Shown here: one piece after another, positions 31,287-40,879 of the stretch
How the letters are laid out: the number at the start of each line of letters is the position of its first letter
Position numbering within the stretch: the first letter of the stretch is position 1
NCBI GenBank assembly: GCA_963662655.2
Contig: CAXXTU010000002.1
Span: forward strand, 2,688,001 to 2,752,000
Direction of reading: 5' to 3'
Origin: Candidatus Cloacimonadales bacterium
Lineage (GTDB): Bacteria > Cloacimonadota > Cloacimonadia > Cloacimonadales > JAIOQZ01
DNA length: 64,000 nt
The notes under the pieces: model-generated
What the model was told of the DNA's origin: nothing
The model's database searches: none
What the model saw: only the letters and a program-made list of their open reading frames with translations
Translations under genes and position numbers: made by a program

Positions 31287-31364
31287 TTAGAAAGCTTCTT
31301 GCATAATTTTCCACAGGTTCACGTTCAGCATCATGTCCCAGGTATTGTCGTTGTATGTGCTCAG
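31287..31364 (-). pseudogene. Orphan 3' end of a paralog of the 30165-31274 gene
   Basis: Reads ...DNTWDMMLNVNLWKIMQEAF* versus INSYDLMLRVNIMKLITGRN*; preceded by in-frame stops. Confidence 0.5.
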
Positions 31365-31916
31365 TCATTACCAATTTTCGAGAATGAATGCATGAATCCT
31401 CCTGATGAATGGATACGTTAACGATAATTCAAGAAGTGAAAAAATGTGCGAGAGGTGTCAATTATAAAAAACGGAAACCTAACATCTTCCGCACTCGCGG
31501 AAAAGGGATTATTAGGTCACTCAATATTGAGGGAAATTCATGCAGATGGCAGGTATTCTGCGGAGAAAAATAGCGTTAAGGCGACTCGATATTAAAAAAA
31601 AATTGACAGGAATCGAAAAAAGAAGCTTATTCAGTAATAATGCCGATTCCGCTCTGAGAAAGTATCTTGCTTTCTCGCAAGCGAGCTGGAATTGCATTCG
31701 ACGCCCGTATGGTGTGGTTTCCTGGCGAAACAGCCGGTTGATCAGAAGTTTCACAGATGTCGTGCTGCTCTTGATGTGCTCCCGCACGAAGAAGCAGAAA
31801 TAGTCAATCACGAGTCATGAGGTAAATTTTGAAAATCGATCATCTCGAAACGAAATCACAGCTCAAATCGACCACTCTCCTTTCAAACACAATACAATTG
31901 CACTCTTGGAGGCTCT

Positions 31917-32603
31917 ATGCATAACCAGCGCAAGATGGTTAAGGTGTACATCATGGGCGAATCCCACATGGTACCGGACGGATCGACGATCCTTACGGCG
32001 ATCGAATACGCGGGATTCCAGTTGAAACGTGGCGTCGGATGTCGCGAAGGATATTGCGGGGCTTGCGGTACGATCTACCGCGAAGCCGGAGATTACAAAC
32101 TCAAGGGCGGCCTGGCGTGTCAGACTGTTGTAACGGACGGAATGGCGATTGCCCAGATTCCGTTTGTCCCGGCGGAGAAGCCCATCTATGACATCGCGGA
32201 ACTAACGCCAGACGAGGACACGTTCCAGAAATTGTTCCCCACCGTCTTCCGGTGTGTCGCCTGCAACACCTGCACCAAGGCGTGTCCGCAGGAAATTCAG
32301 GTGATGGACTACATTCAAGCACTGATTCGAGGCAATATCGCCCGAGCCGCGGACCTCTCGTTCGACTGCATCCGGTGCGGACTCTGCGCGCTGCGCTGCC
32401 CGGCGGAAATCGTCCAGTACAACGCCGCGATCCTTGCCCAGAGGCTATACGCCCGATACCTTTCTCCCAAGCACCCGCAACTGGAAATCCGCATCGATGA
32501 GATTGCGCAAGGAAAGTACGACCCCGAGTTTGAAGAGATGATGTCCGACACGAGAGAAAATCTGGCGAAGAAATACTACAGTCGCGAAATAAAACTCGGT
32601 TAG
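31917..32603 (+). CDS. Iron-sulfur subunit of fumarate reductase/succinate dehydrogenase-like enzyme
   Basis: CREGYCGAC...C (2Fe-2S) and two CxxCxxCxxxCP motifs. Confidence 0.85.
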   Translation: MHNQRKMVKVYIMGESHMVPDGSTILTAIEYAGFQLKRGVGCREGYCGACGTIYREAGDYKLKGGLACQTVVTDGMAIAQIPFVPAEKPIYDIAELTPDEDTFQKLFPTVFRCVACNTCTKACPQEIQVMDYIQALIRGNIARAADLSFDCIRCGLCALRCPAEIVQYNAAILAQRLYARYLSPKHPQLEIRIDEIAQGKYDPEFEEMMSDTRENLAKKYYSREIKLG

Positions 32604-32639
32604 ACCTTAACACGCTTAGATATTAGCAGGAGCAAAAGA

Positions 32640-34313
32640 ATGTACCCTGAATATATGATGGAATCCATTAAAAAGGTGGAGAAGACACGCCCCAAACGCC
32701 TGGAGCTGGCGAAAAAGTATGGGAAGCAGGTCTATCCGCCCATGAGCGAATCAGATAGAGAAGAGATTCTCAGCAAGTTTCATCCCGATTATAAAGAAGA
32801 ATCCCGCCGTGTAATCCGCATGGGGCCGAATAAAGGCGAGAAGGTGACCACCGAGATCGCCGACCTTCTCGAGTCCTACGCGCGCATCGATCCCGATATC
32901 ATCGATCTCGAGAATATCACCGAGGAGACGGACGTGCTGGTCATCGGCGCCGGCTCCGCGGGACTTGCCGCCGCGCTCGAAGCGGAAGCCGCCGGCGCGA
33001 ACGTGACCATCGTCACCAAGTTGCGTCTGGGCGATTCCAATTCCATGATGGCGCAGGGAGGCATCCAGGCAGCGGATCAGGTGGACGACACTCCGACGCT
33101 GCACTACCTCGACGTGATGGGTGGCGGTCATTTCGACAACAAACCGGAGCTGGTGGAAGCGCTGGTCAAGGATGCCCCGCCGTCGATCAAATGGCTGGAA
33201 GACCTAGGCGTGATGTTCGACAAGAACGAGGACGGCACCATGCTGGTCAAGCCCGGCGGCGGAACCTGCCGTAGCCGCATGCACTCCGCACGCGACTACA
33301 CCGGCGCTGCGATCTGCAAGGTGCTGCGAGATGAAGTCTACAACCGCCCCGAGCGGATCAAATACATCGAATACACCGCCGTGATCGAATTGATCATGGA
33401 CGACAAGGGCCAGGCTGCCGGCGCAGTGATGTTCCACCTCGAGAACAAACAATTCACCACCATCCGCGCGAAGTCGATCATCATCGCCACAGGCGGGTTC
33501 GGTCGCCTGCACATACGTGGATTCGAGACAACCAACCACTACGGCGCTACCGCAGACGGACTGGTGCTCGGTTATCGAGCCGGCGCGAAGCTGTTGTTCA
33601 TGGATTCCGTACAGTATCACCCGACCGGCGCGGTTTACCCCGAGCAGATTCTCGGATTCCTCTGCACCGAAAAGATACGCTCGTTGGGCGCGCAGCCAGT
33701 CAACAACGAGGGCGAACTATTCGTCTATCCGCTCGAACCGCGCGACATCGAGGCTTCCGCCTTCATCCGCGAGTGCCTCGAGCGCGACCTCGGCGTCAAG
33801 ACGCCTTCGGGGCTCTACGGCATCTGGCTCGATTCACCGCTGATCGAGGAGCTCAGCGGACCGGGTACCATCGAACGCAATCTTCCCGCCATGCTGCGAC
33901 AGTACAAGCGCTTCGACATCGACATCACCAAATACCCCATGCTGGTCTACCCCACGCTGCACTACCAGAACGGAGGTCTGGAGATCAACGATAAATCGGA
34001 GACCACGATCCCCGGATTGTACGTAGCCGGAGAAGCCAGCGGCGGCGTTCACGGGCGCAACAGGCTGATGGGCAATTCCCAGCTCGACATCATCGTATTT
34101 GGTCGCCGCGCAGGAATTAACGCCGCGAAACGCGCCAGAACGGATGTGATGCACGGAGCGCTGACGCTCGATCACGTTCACAGTTACAACAAAGAAGCCG
34201 AAGATTTGGGTATTGACAGAAAAACCGTGTCCCCGATGGTTTTGCCTGACTATATCCCCGATCATGTCAAAGCGAAACAGCTTACCGCACATTACGAGGG
34301 AACCATACTTTGA
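32640..34313 (+). CDS. Flavoprotein subunit of fumarate reductase/succinate dehydrogenase family
   Basis: GAGSAG, MAQGG, QYHPTG, LHYQNGG, HGRNRLMGNS. Confidence 0.9.
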   Translation: MYPEYMMESIKKVEKTRPKRLELAKKYGKQVYPPMSESDREEILSKFHPDYKEESRRVIRMGPNKGEKVTTEIADLLESYARIDPDIIDLENITEETDVLVIGAGSAGLAAALEAEAAGANVTIVTKLRLGDSNSMMAQGGIQAADQVDDTPTLHYLDVMGGGHFDNKPELVEALVKDAPPSIKWLEDLGVMFDKNEDGTMLVKPGGGTCRSRMHSARDYTGAAICKVLRDEVYNRPERIKYIEYTAVIELIMDDKGQAAGAVMFHLENKQFTTIRAKSIIIATGGFGRLHIRGFETTNHYGATADGLVLGYRAGAKLLFMDSVQYHPTGAVYPEQILGFLCTEKIRSLGAQPVNNEGELFVYPLEPRDIEASAFIRECLERDLGVKTPSGLYGIWLDSPLIEELSGPGTIERNLPAMLRQYKRFDIDITKYPMLVYPTLHYQNGGLEINDKSETTIPGLYVAGEASGGVHGRNRLMGNSQLDIIVFGRRAGINAAKRARTDVMHGALTLDHVHSYNKEAEDLGIDRKTVSPMVLPDYIPDHVKAKQLTAHYEGTIL

Positions 34314-34332
34314 TAGCAAAAAGGAGCTATAG

Positions 34333-35787
34333 ATGAAGAAGTTGAATATCAGCCTCGATAATCTCAACGATGTTTTTCCCGACGACTTTTCACAGGAACA
34401 GATCGCGAAGGGCAAAACCCTTTTATTGAAGAAACTGGCGGAATTGATGCACCACCATTACGGCGGAAAGATGCAGACCGTTCCCAAAGCCGGTGTTTTC
34501 GGCTTCAACTGGTTCAACGTATGGTACACGCCGGGGGTATCGAAGGTCTCGACAACCATCCGCGACGACAACGAAACCTCCTTCGATCTCTCCAACCGCG
34601 GCAACCTCGTGGCGGTGGTGAGCGATTCCACCCGCGTTCTGGGTGACGGCGACTGCACCCCTCCAGGCGGACTGGGCGTGATGGAAGGAAAAGCGTTCCT
34701 GATGAAATACCTCGGAGGCGTGGACGCGACAGCGCTCTGCATCGACAGCCGCAACGAGAAAGGCGAGAAGGTGCCGGAAACGATCATCGAGTTCGTCAGG
34801 CGCTGCCAGCACAGCTTCGGCGCGGTGAATCTCGAGGACATCTCGCAGCCCAACTGCTACAAGGTGCTCGACGTCCTGCGCGAGGAGTGCGACATCCCCG
34901 TGTGGCACGACGACGCGCAGGGAACCGCCTGCGTGACGCTCGCCGGGCTCATCAACGCCGTCAAGCTGGCCGGAAAGAAGATGGAGGACGTGAGAATCGT
35001 GTTCATGGGCGCGGGAGCTTCCAATACGACGATCGCGCGCATTATCATCGCAGCCGGCGGCAACCCGAAAAACATGATCATGTTCGATTCGAAGGGGTCC
35101 CTCAACAAGGATCGCGAGGATATCAAGGCCGATCATCGTTTCTATCGCAAATGGGAGCTGTGCGAGAGCACCAACCCGAAGAAGATCAACGATTTCGGCG
35201 AAGCGATGAAGGGGGCGGATGTCCTCATTACATTATCAAAGCCCGGTCCGGACAGGATCAAAAAAGAATGGATCCATTCCATGGCGCCGAAGTCAATCAT
35301 CTTCGCCTGCGCGAACCCCGTACCGGAGATATACCCCTACGCCGCGAAGGAAGCCGGCGCGTTCATCGTGGCGACCGGTCGCGGAGACTTCGCCAACCAG
35401 GTCAACAACTCGCTTGGATTCCCGGGAATCCTCAAGGGCGCACTCATGGTTCGCAGCCGGAAAGTCACCGACGAGATGGCGATCGCCGCAGCAAACTCCC
35501 TGGCGAACTATGCCGAGAAGAAGGGCATTCATCCCGAATATATCATCCCGACGATGGACGAAGCGGACGTATTCCCGCACGAGGCGGCAGATGTGGCGAT
35601 GCAGGCGATCAAGGACGGTGTCGCGCGGATCACCATGACCCGTGAGGAGGCTTTTGCCCAGGCGGAAAAGGATATCCGCTATGCCCGTGACCTGACGGAT
35701 AATATGATGAAGAACGGATTCATCGGCAAAGCGCCGCAAGAACTTCTCGATCAGGCGCTTGCTCATGCGATAAATGAGTTAAATTAG
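34333..35787 (+). CDS. NAD(P)-dependent malic enzyme
   Basis: YTPGV, VMEGK, NLEDI, WHDDAQGT, ANPVPEI, NQVNN. Confidence 0.92.
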   Translation: MKKLNISLDNLNDVFPDDFSQEQIAKGKTLLLKKLAELMHHHYGGKMQTVPKAGVFGFNWFNVWYTPGVSKVSTTIRDDNETSFDLSNRGNLVAVVSDSTRVLGDGDCTPPGGLGVMEGKAFLMKYLGGVDATALCIDSRNEKGEKVPETIIEFVRRCQHSFGAVNLEDISQPNCYKVLDVLREECDIPVWHDDAQGTACVTLAGLINAVKLAGKKMEDVRIVFMGAGASNTTIARIIIAAGGNPKNMIMFDSKGSLNKDREDIKADHRFYRKWELCESTNPKKINDFGEAMKGADVLITLSKPGPDRIKKEWIHSMAPKSIIFACANPVPEIYPYAAKEAGAFIVATGRGDFANQVNNSLGFPGILKGALMVRSRKVTDEMAIAAANSLANYAEKKGIHPEYIIPTMDEADVFPHEAADVAMQAIKDGVARITMTREEAFAQAEKDIRYARDLTDNMMKNGFIGKAPQELLDQALAHAINELN

Positions 35788-35883
35788 TGGATAATTTTAA
35801 GCGGTATGGTTACTCTTGTCCCGTCCTGAAATAGGTTGACCGTTGTGTCAAAGGAGGCTCAGGTATGGGACAATCGGGCGGAA

Positions 35884-36028
35884 TGGATAACTGCCGTCAC
35901 TGGAAGGAAAGACTGCCGTCACTTGCAACTTGGAAGAATGACTGCATGAATGTGTTTGATGGTGCGAGAGATAAGGGCATTTCCTGTCACTTCTACTTGT
36001 GGAATTAAGGAAATCATGCTGTCACTGT
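35884..36028 (+). repeat. Putative transposase-binding repeats at prophage left end
   Basis: ACTGCCGTCACT twice at 22-bp spacing plus degenerate CTGTCACT copies near 35984 and 36019. Confidence 0.7.
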
Positions 36029-36053
36029 AAGTTGACACCCTTCTTTCCATCTT

Positions 36054-36437
36054 GCAAAAACGATTCTCTCTTTTGATATGTGATTGAATTGACGTTGCTT
36101 GCGCGTATTTTCAGAGCGTTTTTGCACTTTTTCCATTTACGGGTTTCTGCGGGAGGGTTCTTCCACTTCGGGTTCATCTTTGCAGGAGTTTTACGGCTCT
36201 CATCGCTGGCGCAACTCGCTCTATCTGTTTAGCTTAGAAACCGCTTGCGCGTACTGGCTCAATCGTGTTCGCCCCAAGCGTCGCGTTTTTGCGTTTTTAC
36301 GCTTTTTCGCTTTTGCACTTCAGGCGTTTTTGCGGCCCGTGTGCAAAAACGAGCGCTAAAACGTGAAAATACGAGTGGAAAAACGATCTGCAAAAACGAC
36401 GCCTGAGAAAACGAGGTGAAAAAACGCGCGAAAACGC
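36054..36437. repeat. Array of (GC)AAAAACG motifs in both orientations
   Basis: Six exact GCAAAAACG/CGTTTTTGC copies plus many variants. Confidence 0.75.
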
Positions 36438-36440
36438 TAC

Positions 36441-37175
36441 CTACTTCGCATAGTTGAAAACGCGAAACTGCATGGCCATCTCGCCGATGATCTGGAAACG
36501 CGTCAGTTCTTCATCCTCGAGGACGAGGGTTTCGTAGTCTGAATTGAAAGGCTTCAGCAGCACCTGCCGCTTCACCGGATTGTACTGCACCTTCTTGAGG
36601 GTGATGCCGTCCGAGGTGCGAACCGCGCAGACGCGTCGATCGAGGTTGTCCCAGTCGGTGCGTTGGTGAATGACCACGATGTCCCCGTGGTTGATGCGCG
36701 GCTTCATGCTGTCGCCATTGACTCGTAATGCGCAGTAGGAGTCGTGGCGGTCACGCAGAAAGGCCTTCGGGATTTCGATGTAGTCCCAGTCCGTGGTAAC
36801 GTTGTTCTCCATCGGTTCGCCTGCGGCAATCTCTCCCATCAGCGGCAAGGTGATGTTGCGCGTCTCGAAGGGCGAGAGTGGAGCCTTTGCGCCATTGCCG
36901 CTCATCTCCTCGAGCTTCTCCGTGCGACCGTTGGTCACCAGACTGCCGTCCTCGACGTGGAGAAACATATCGCCCTTGCCGGTGATGAGCCAGTTGAGGT
37001 TGACGTTGTACTCTTCGCTTATTCGAGCCAACGCTGTCGACGACGGCTTGCTCGGTTTCTTGTCGTTGATCCAGTCGGACACATTGCCCTGTGTGACGTG
37101 GATTCTCTTCGCAAACTCTGAACGCTTTATTCCAAGCGCATTTACCAGCAATTCCAAGCGTTTTCGCATCTCCAT
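36441..37175 (-). CDS. Phage repressor (HTH + S24 peptidase, LexA/CI-like)
   Basis: HTH, YNVNLNWLITGKG, IAAG, GDSM, TLKK. Confidence 0.92.
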   Translation of the reverse strand: MEMRKRLELLVNALGIKRSEFAKRIHVTQGNVSDWINDKKPSKPSSTALARISEEYNVNLNWLITGKGDMFLHVEDGSLVTNGRTEKLEEMSGNGAKAPLSPFETRNITLPLMGEIAAGEPMENNVTTDWDYIEIPKAFLRDRHDSYCALRVNGDSMKPRINHGDIVVIHQRTDWDNLDRRVCAVRTSDGITLKKVQYNPVKRQVLLKPFNSDYETLVLEDEELTRFQIIGEMAMQFRVFNYAK

Positions 37176-37374
37176 TTCATACTCCCGCACAGCTAAATTC
37201 TGCGATTTCAGGAACCTGCCACGTGGAGTCGATTGAGCCATCAATTGACACCATTTTGTCTTTCAAGTGACGGCAGTTTTTCCTTGACGAATTCGCATTT
37301 ACATAGCTTCTTAGCTTCGAGAATGAGAATCTTGCAACAACGCGAAGTTGTCAATGATAATTTGGGAGGTAGCC

Positions 37375-37605
37375 ATGAAACTAAACTACACAGGCCCAGA
37401 GATAAAGGCCGCTCTTGCGCTCAAAGAGCTGTCCACCATTGGCGTTGCGAGGGATATGGATGTCTCGCGCAGGGCGCTGGATTATTTCATCAAAGGACAA
37501 ATGAGTATGCGGCGAGGCGAGGAATTCCTTGCGAAATTGCAACCGGAACTCGACGAAATTCACAAGATTAGCAAGAAGCGGTTCAGAAATGCGAACCGAG
37601 ACTGA
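37375..37605 (+). CDS. Ner/Cro-like small HTH regulator
   Basis: Divergent from repressor, GGAGG RBS, EIKAAL...VARDMDVSRRAL. Confidence 0.7.
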   Translation: MKLNYTGPEIKAALALKELSTIGVARDMDVSRRALDYFIKGQMSMRRGEEFLAKLQPELDEIHKISKKRFRNANRD

Positions 37606-39619
37606 CTTTCCCCGCAACGAGTTAACGATCGAGGGGATTCAAGATCGCTTCGGTGTGAGTACTGCTTCGGCTTATCGGCTGACCAAGAAGAAGGGCTGGG
37701 AGTACGTGTCGCAGGTTCTGGAGGGCGGCGGACGCCGCAAGGTGTTTTTGGTGCCGGAGCAGGACATCCCCGGCAGGAAGAAGCCCAAGAAGGCGAAGAA
37801 AGTCGCTGCTGTGAAGGTGGCGAAGACCGAGCCTGCGCCAGCTCCCGCGATCTGCGAGCAAGCCGACGATCTGCCCGACCTGACGCCGGTGGCGAGGATT
37901 CCCGAACACGAGCTCCATAGGGCGCAACTGAAGGCCGAACTCTGCGAGAAGGTGTTGCAGCTCATCTCGGAGAACGGGGTGCAGAAAACCGCGATTGCCG
38001 ACGTACTCGCCGCCTACAACACCGGACTGCTCATCCCCGACCTCTACAAGCTGGAGGGTGAACGCAACGAGCGGACGCTCCGCAACTGGCTGAAGAACTA
38101 CGAGGAGAGCGGACGCGATTTCAAGTGCCTGGTTCGGATGGCGCGGGTGTCGAACAAGAAGAAGGCGACCGAACAGGAGCAGAACTTCCTTTTGCACATG
38201 CTGCTGGATACGAACCGGGTGAAGATCGGCACGGCGATCCGCAAGCTGAAGCAGCTCTCGCGGGTCGGGGTGGTCGAGTCGCCAACCAGTAGCCGCGCGT
38301 TGCGACGCTGGTGCGAGACGTGGCGGCAACAGCATATCCAGCAGTGGAGCCTGCTCCGCAAAGGCGGCAAGCACGCCAAGGACAACATGCTGCCGACACT
38401 GCTACGAGAAGAAACGCTTCGCGTCGGTGACGTGTGGGTGGCGGACGGTCACAAGTTAGCGTTCGATATCATCGATCCCAAAACGGGCAGACCGAAGCGG
38501 ATGATGCTGATCCTGTTCTTCGACTGGGGCAGTCGCTATCCGGTGGGCGCGTCCATCGCCAACACCGAGGACTCGGAGCATATCCTGCTCGCGCTCCGCA
38601 ACGGCATCCTGCACTGGGGTGGCAGACCGCGCTTCGTCTATCTGGACAACGGCAAGGCGTTCAAGGCGAAGCTGTTTCACGACAACTGGGAGAAGCACGA
38701 CCTCGAGAACGAGCTGTGCGGCGTGTTTCCGCGACTCGACATCGGCGTGGAGTTCGCCAGAGCCTACAACGCCAGAGCCAAGGTGGTGGAGCGGTTCTTC
38801 AAGACGTTTCAGGAGGACTTCGAGCGGTTCATGGAAACGTTTCGCGGCGGCTCCATCGCGGACCGACCGGCGTATCTGAATCGCAACGAGGAATGGGTGC
38901 GCAAGCTCAAGAAGCGCGAAGCCCTCGACATCGATCAAGCGAAAGCGCTCATCGGCTTCTACTTCCAGGAGCTGTACGGTCGCACGCCGCACGGTGGACT
39001 GAATGGCAAGAAGCCGTTCGAGCTGTTCAAGGCCAATCCCGCGCCGGAAGACCGCCGCATCGACGCCAGCGAGCTGAACTTCCTGATGCTCAAGGCTGAC
39101 AGCCGCAAGGTCGGCAACAACGGCATCCGGCTCAACAACGCCCTTTACTGGCACGACGAGATGGTCAGGCACGTCGGCAAGCGGCTCCGCATCCGTTACG
39201 ACATCATGGACATGCGCTCGATCCTTCTGTTCGACGAGACCGACCGCTTCATCTGTCAGGCGGCGTTGCGGAAACTGACCCATCCATTCGTCCAGATCGC
39301 AGGCGACGAAGCACTCGCCGAGAAGGACTTGAAGCGGCAACTCGCCCACCAGCGCAAGCTCGAAAGCGACGTCAAGACCAAGTCGGCCATTCTGCGCAAG
39401 CAAGTCGACGAGGCTGTGTCGTCCCTGCCGCTGCCGCAACTGCCTGCCGCTTCGGGAAGCTTCAACAACCAGCCGCTGCTCGAGCAGGGCGAAACGCCCA
39501 GTCCACACGAGGAAGCCATCGAAGTCACTTATCAAGCCGACGCTTCCACCGTCGAGCCTGCGGAGAAGGACGACCCGCTCAAGAAGCTCGATTCGCTATT
39601 TGAAAACTTAGGATTATAG
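37589..39619 (+). CDS. Mu-like DDE transposase (MuA)
   Basis: WVADGH, YLDNGKAF, AKVVERFF; Mu C-terminal GIRL...RYD motif. Confidence 0.93.
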   Translation: MRTETDFPRNELTIEGIQDRFGVSTASAYRLTKKKGWEYVSQVLEGGGRRKVFLVPEQDIPGRKKPKKAKKVAAVKVAKTEPAPAPAICEQADDLPDLTPVARIPEHELHRAQLKAELCEKVLQLISENGVQKTAIADVLAAYNTGLLIPDLYKLEGERNERTLRNWLKNYEESGRDFKCLVRMARVSNKKKATEQEQNFLLHMLLDTNRVKIGTAIRKLKQLSRVGVVESPTSSRALRRWCETWRQQHIQQWSLLRKGGKHAKDNMLPTLLREETLRVGDVWVADGHKLAFDIIDPKTGRPKRMMLILFFDWGSRYPVGASIANTEDSEHILLALRNGILHWGGRPRFVYLDNGKAFKAKLFHDNWEKHDLENELCGVFPRLDIGVEFARAYNARAKVVERFFKTFQEDFERFMETFRGGSIADRPAYLNRNEEWVRKLKKREALDIDQAKALIGFYFQELYGRTPHGGLNGKKPFELFKANPAPEDRRIDASELNFLMLKADSRKVGNNGIRLNNALYWHDEMVRHVGKRLRIRYDIMDMRSILLFDETDRFICQAALRKLTHPFVQIAGDEALAEKDLKRQLAHQRKLESDVKTKSAILRKQVDEAVSSLPLPQLPAASGSFNNQPLLEQGETPSPHEEAIEVTYQADASTVEPAEKDDPLKKLDSLFENLGL

Positions 39620-39628
39620 GAGGATACA

Positions 39629-40351
39629 ATGAAGGAACTATCGCTGGTTCGCACCCAGAACGTTCGCGAGGCCGAGAAGATGATCAGCTATCTACTCAAC
39701 CGCCCCAAGACCGAGATGGTCGGACTTGGATTGATCTACGGTCAGCCCGGGTTGGGCAAGAGCCGTTTCGCAAGGCAGACAGCCATCCGCGACGACTACA
39801 TCTACATGCGGCTGGAGTCGACCATGACCGCGAAATCGTTTTCCATCCGGCTGCTCGAGCTGGTGCAGTACCACTTCGGCATGACCAAGACCAGACCGCG
39901 CGGCACTACGAACGACATCTTCAACACGGTGATCAACATCCTGCGTATACACGACAACACGGTCATCGTCATCGATGAAATCGACTACGCCTTCAAGATG
40001 CGCAAGCTGCTCGGAGCCATCCGCGACATCGTGGACGAGACGCTCTCGGTGGTGATCCTCGTCGGCATGGCGGACGCGCGCGACCGACTTCTGCTGGCCG
40101 ATTCGCACTACTTCGACCGCTGCAACTTCTTCTGCGAGTTCAAGGAACTGGGCAGGGACGACATCCAGCAGATCTGCGACGAAGTGGCTTCGGTCAAGCT
40201 CAGCGGCGACATCGTGAAGTACCTGCACGGCAAGACCAAGGGCAACATCCGCAAGCTGGTCAAGTCGCTCTACTCCATCGAGGGCATCGCGCGCGAGCTG
40301 GACGTGGACGAGTTCGGTCTCGAGCACCTGCAGCAAGCCAAGATCGCGTAG
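39629..40351 (+). CDS. Transposition AAA+ ATPase (MuB-like)
   Basis: Walker A GQPGLGKS, Walker B VIDEID, ILVG, GNIRKL. Confidence 0.9.
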   Translation: MKELSLVRTQNVREAEKMISYLLNRPKTEMVGLGLIYGQPGLGKSRFARQTAIRDDYIYMRLESTMTAKSFSIRLLELVQYHFGMTKTRPRGTTNDIFNTVINILRIHDNTVIVIDEIDYAFKMRKLLGAIRDIVDETLSVVILVGMADARDRLLLADSHYFDRCNFFCEFKELGRDDIQQICDEVASVKLSGDIVKYLHGKTKGNIRKLVKSLYSIEGIARELDVDEFGLEHLQQAKIA

Positions 40352-40360
40352 GAGGCGGCA

Positions 40361-40870
40361 GTGGATTGTGGAAAGACACGCGCCATACGCAACTTCATCG
40401 AGTACTCCACCCGTCCGTTCACGGCGGAGACGGTCAGTCAGGAAACGGGGCTGGAGCTCAGCTACGTGAAGAAGATTCTGCAGTTTCTCAGGGACACGCA
40501 GGTCGTGCAGGTCATATCGAAGGAAGGCAAGTGGAATATCTACGTCAAGGACACCACCCCCGATGACGAGAAGCCGCTGAACCGCTACGGCTACCAGAAG
40601 GACTTCATGAAGCGCATCATGATCGAGCTGATCAACAACCATCACACCAGCCAGCGGGAGCTTGGCGAAAGCGTCGGCCTCTCGCGCGACAAGCTGGTGT
40701 ACTACTTCGCCGCGATGGTCTCGGCGGGGGTGATAGGGATTCGGGACGGACAGTACGTGGTGACCGATTCGGGGAATATCGGAGCGGTCGGCATGGACGT
40801 GGACTCGAAGATTGTCCGGAAACTGAGAAAACGAGCCAGTCAGACGCCCGGTGTGGCGGTGACGGCGTAA
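40361..40870 (+). CDS. Phage protein with two probable winged-HTH domains
   Basis: GGAGG RBS + GTG; TAETVSQETGL and SQRELGESVGLSR HTH-like segments. Confidence 0.55.
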   Translation: MDCGKTRAIRNFIEYSTRPFTAETVSQETGLELSYVKKILQFLRDTQVVQVISKEGKWNIYVKDTTPDDEKPLNRYGYQKDFMKRIMIELINNHHTSQRELGESVGLSRDKLVYYFAAMVSAGVIGIRDGQYVVTDSGNIGAVGMDVDSKIVRKLRKRASQTPGVAVTA

Positions 40871-40879
40871 GGAGCATAC

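Noticed and set aside
35816..35883. Host gene (AAGGAGG + ATG 35865) interrupted by the prophage
   Set aside because: The same bases form a hairpin (TTGTCCC.CCTGA/TCAGG.GGGACAA) after malic enzyme; cannot be decided without the other junction
35846..36037. Stand-alone MITE bounded by TGTCAA/TTGACA
   Set aside because: IR only 6 bp and no target duplication; repeats fit a prophage end better
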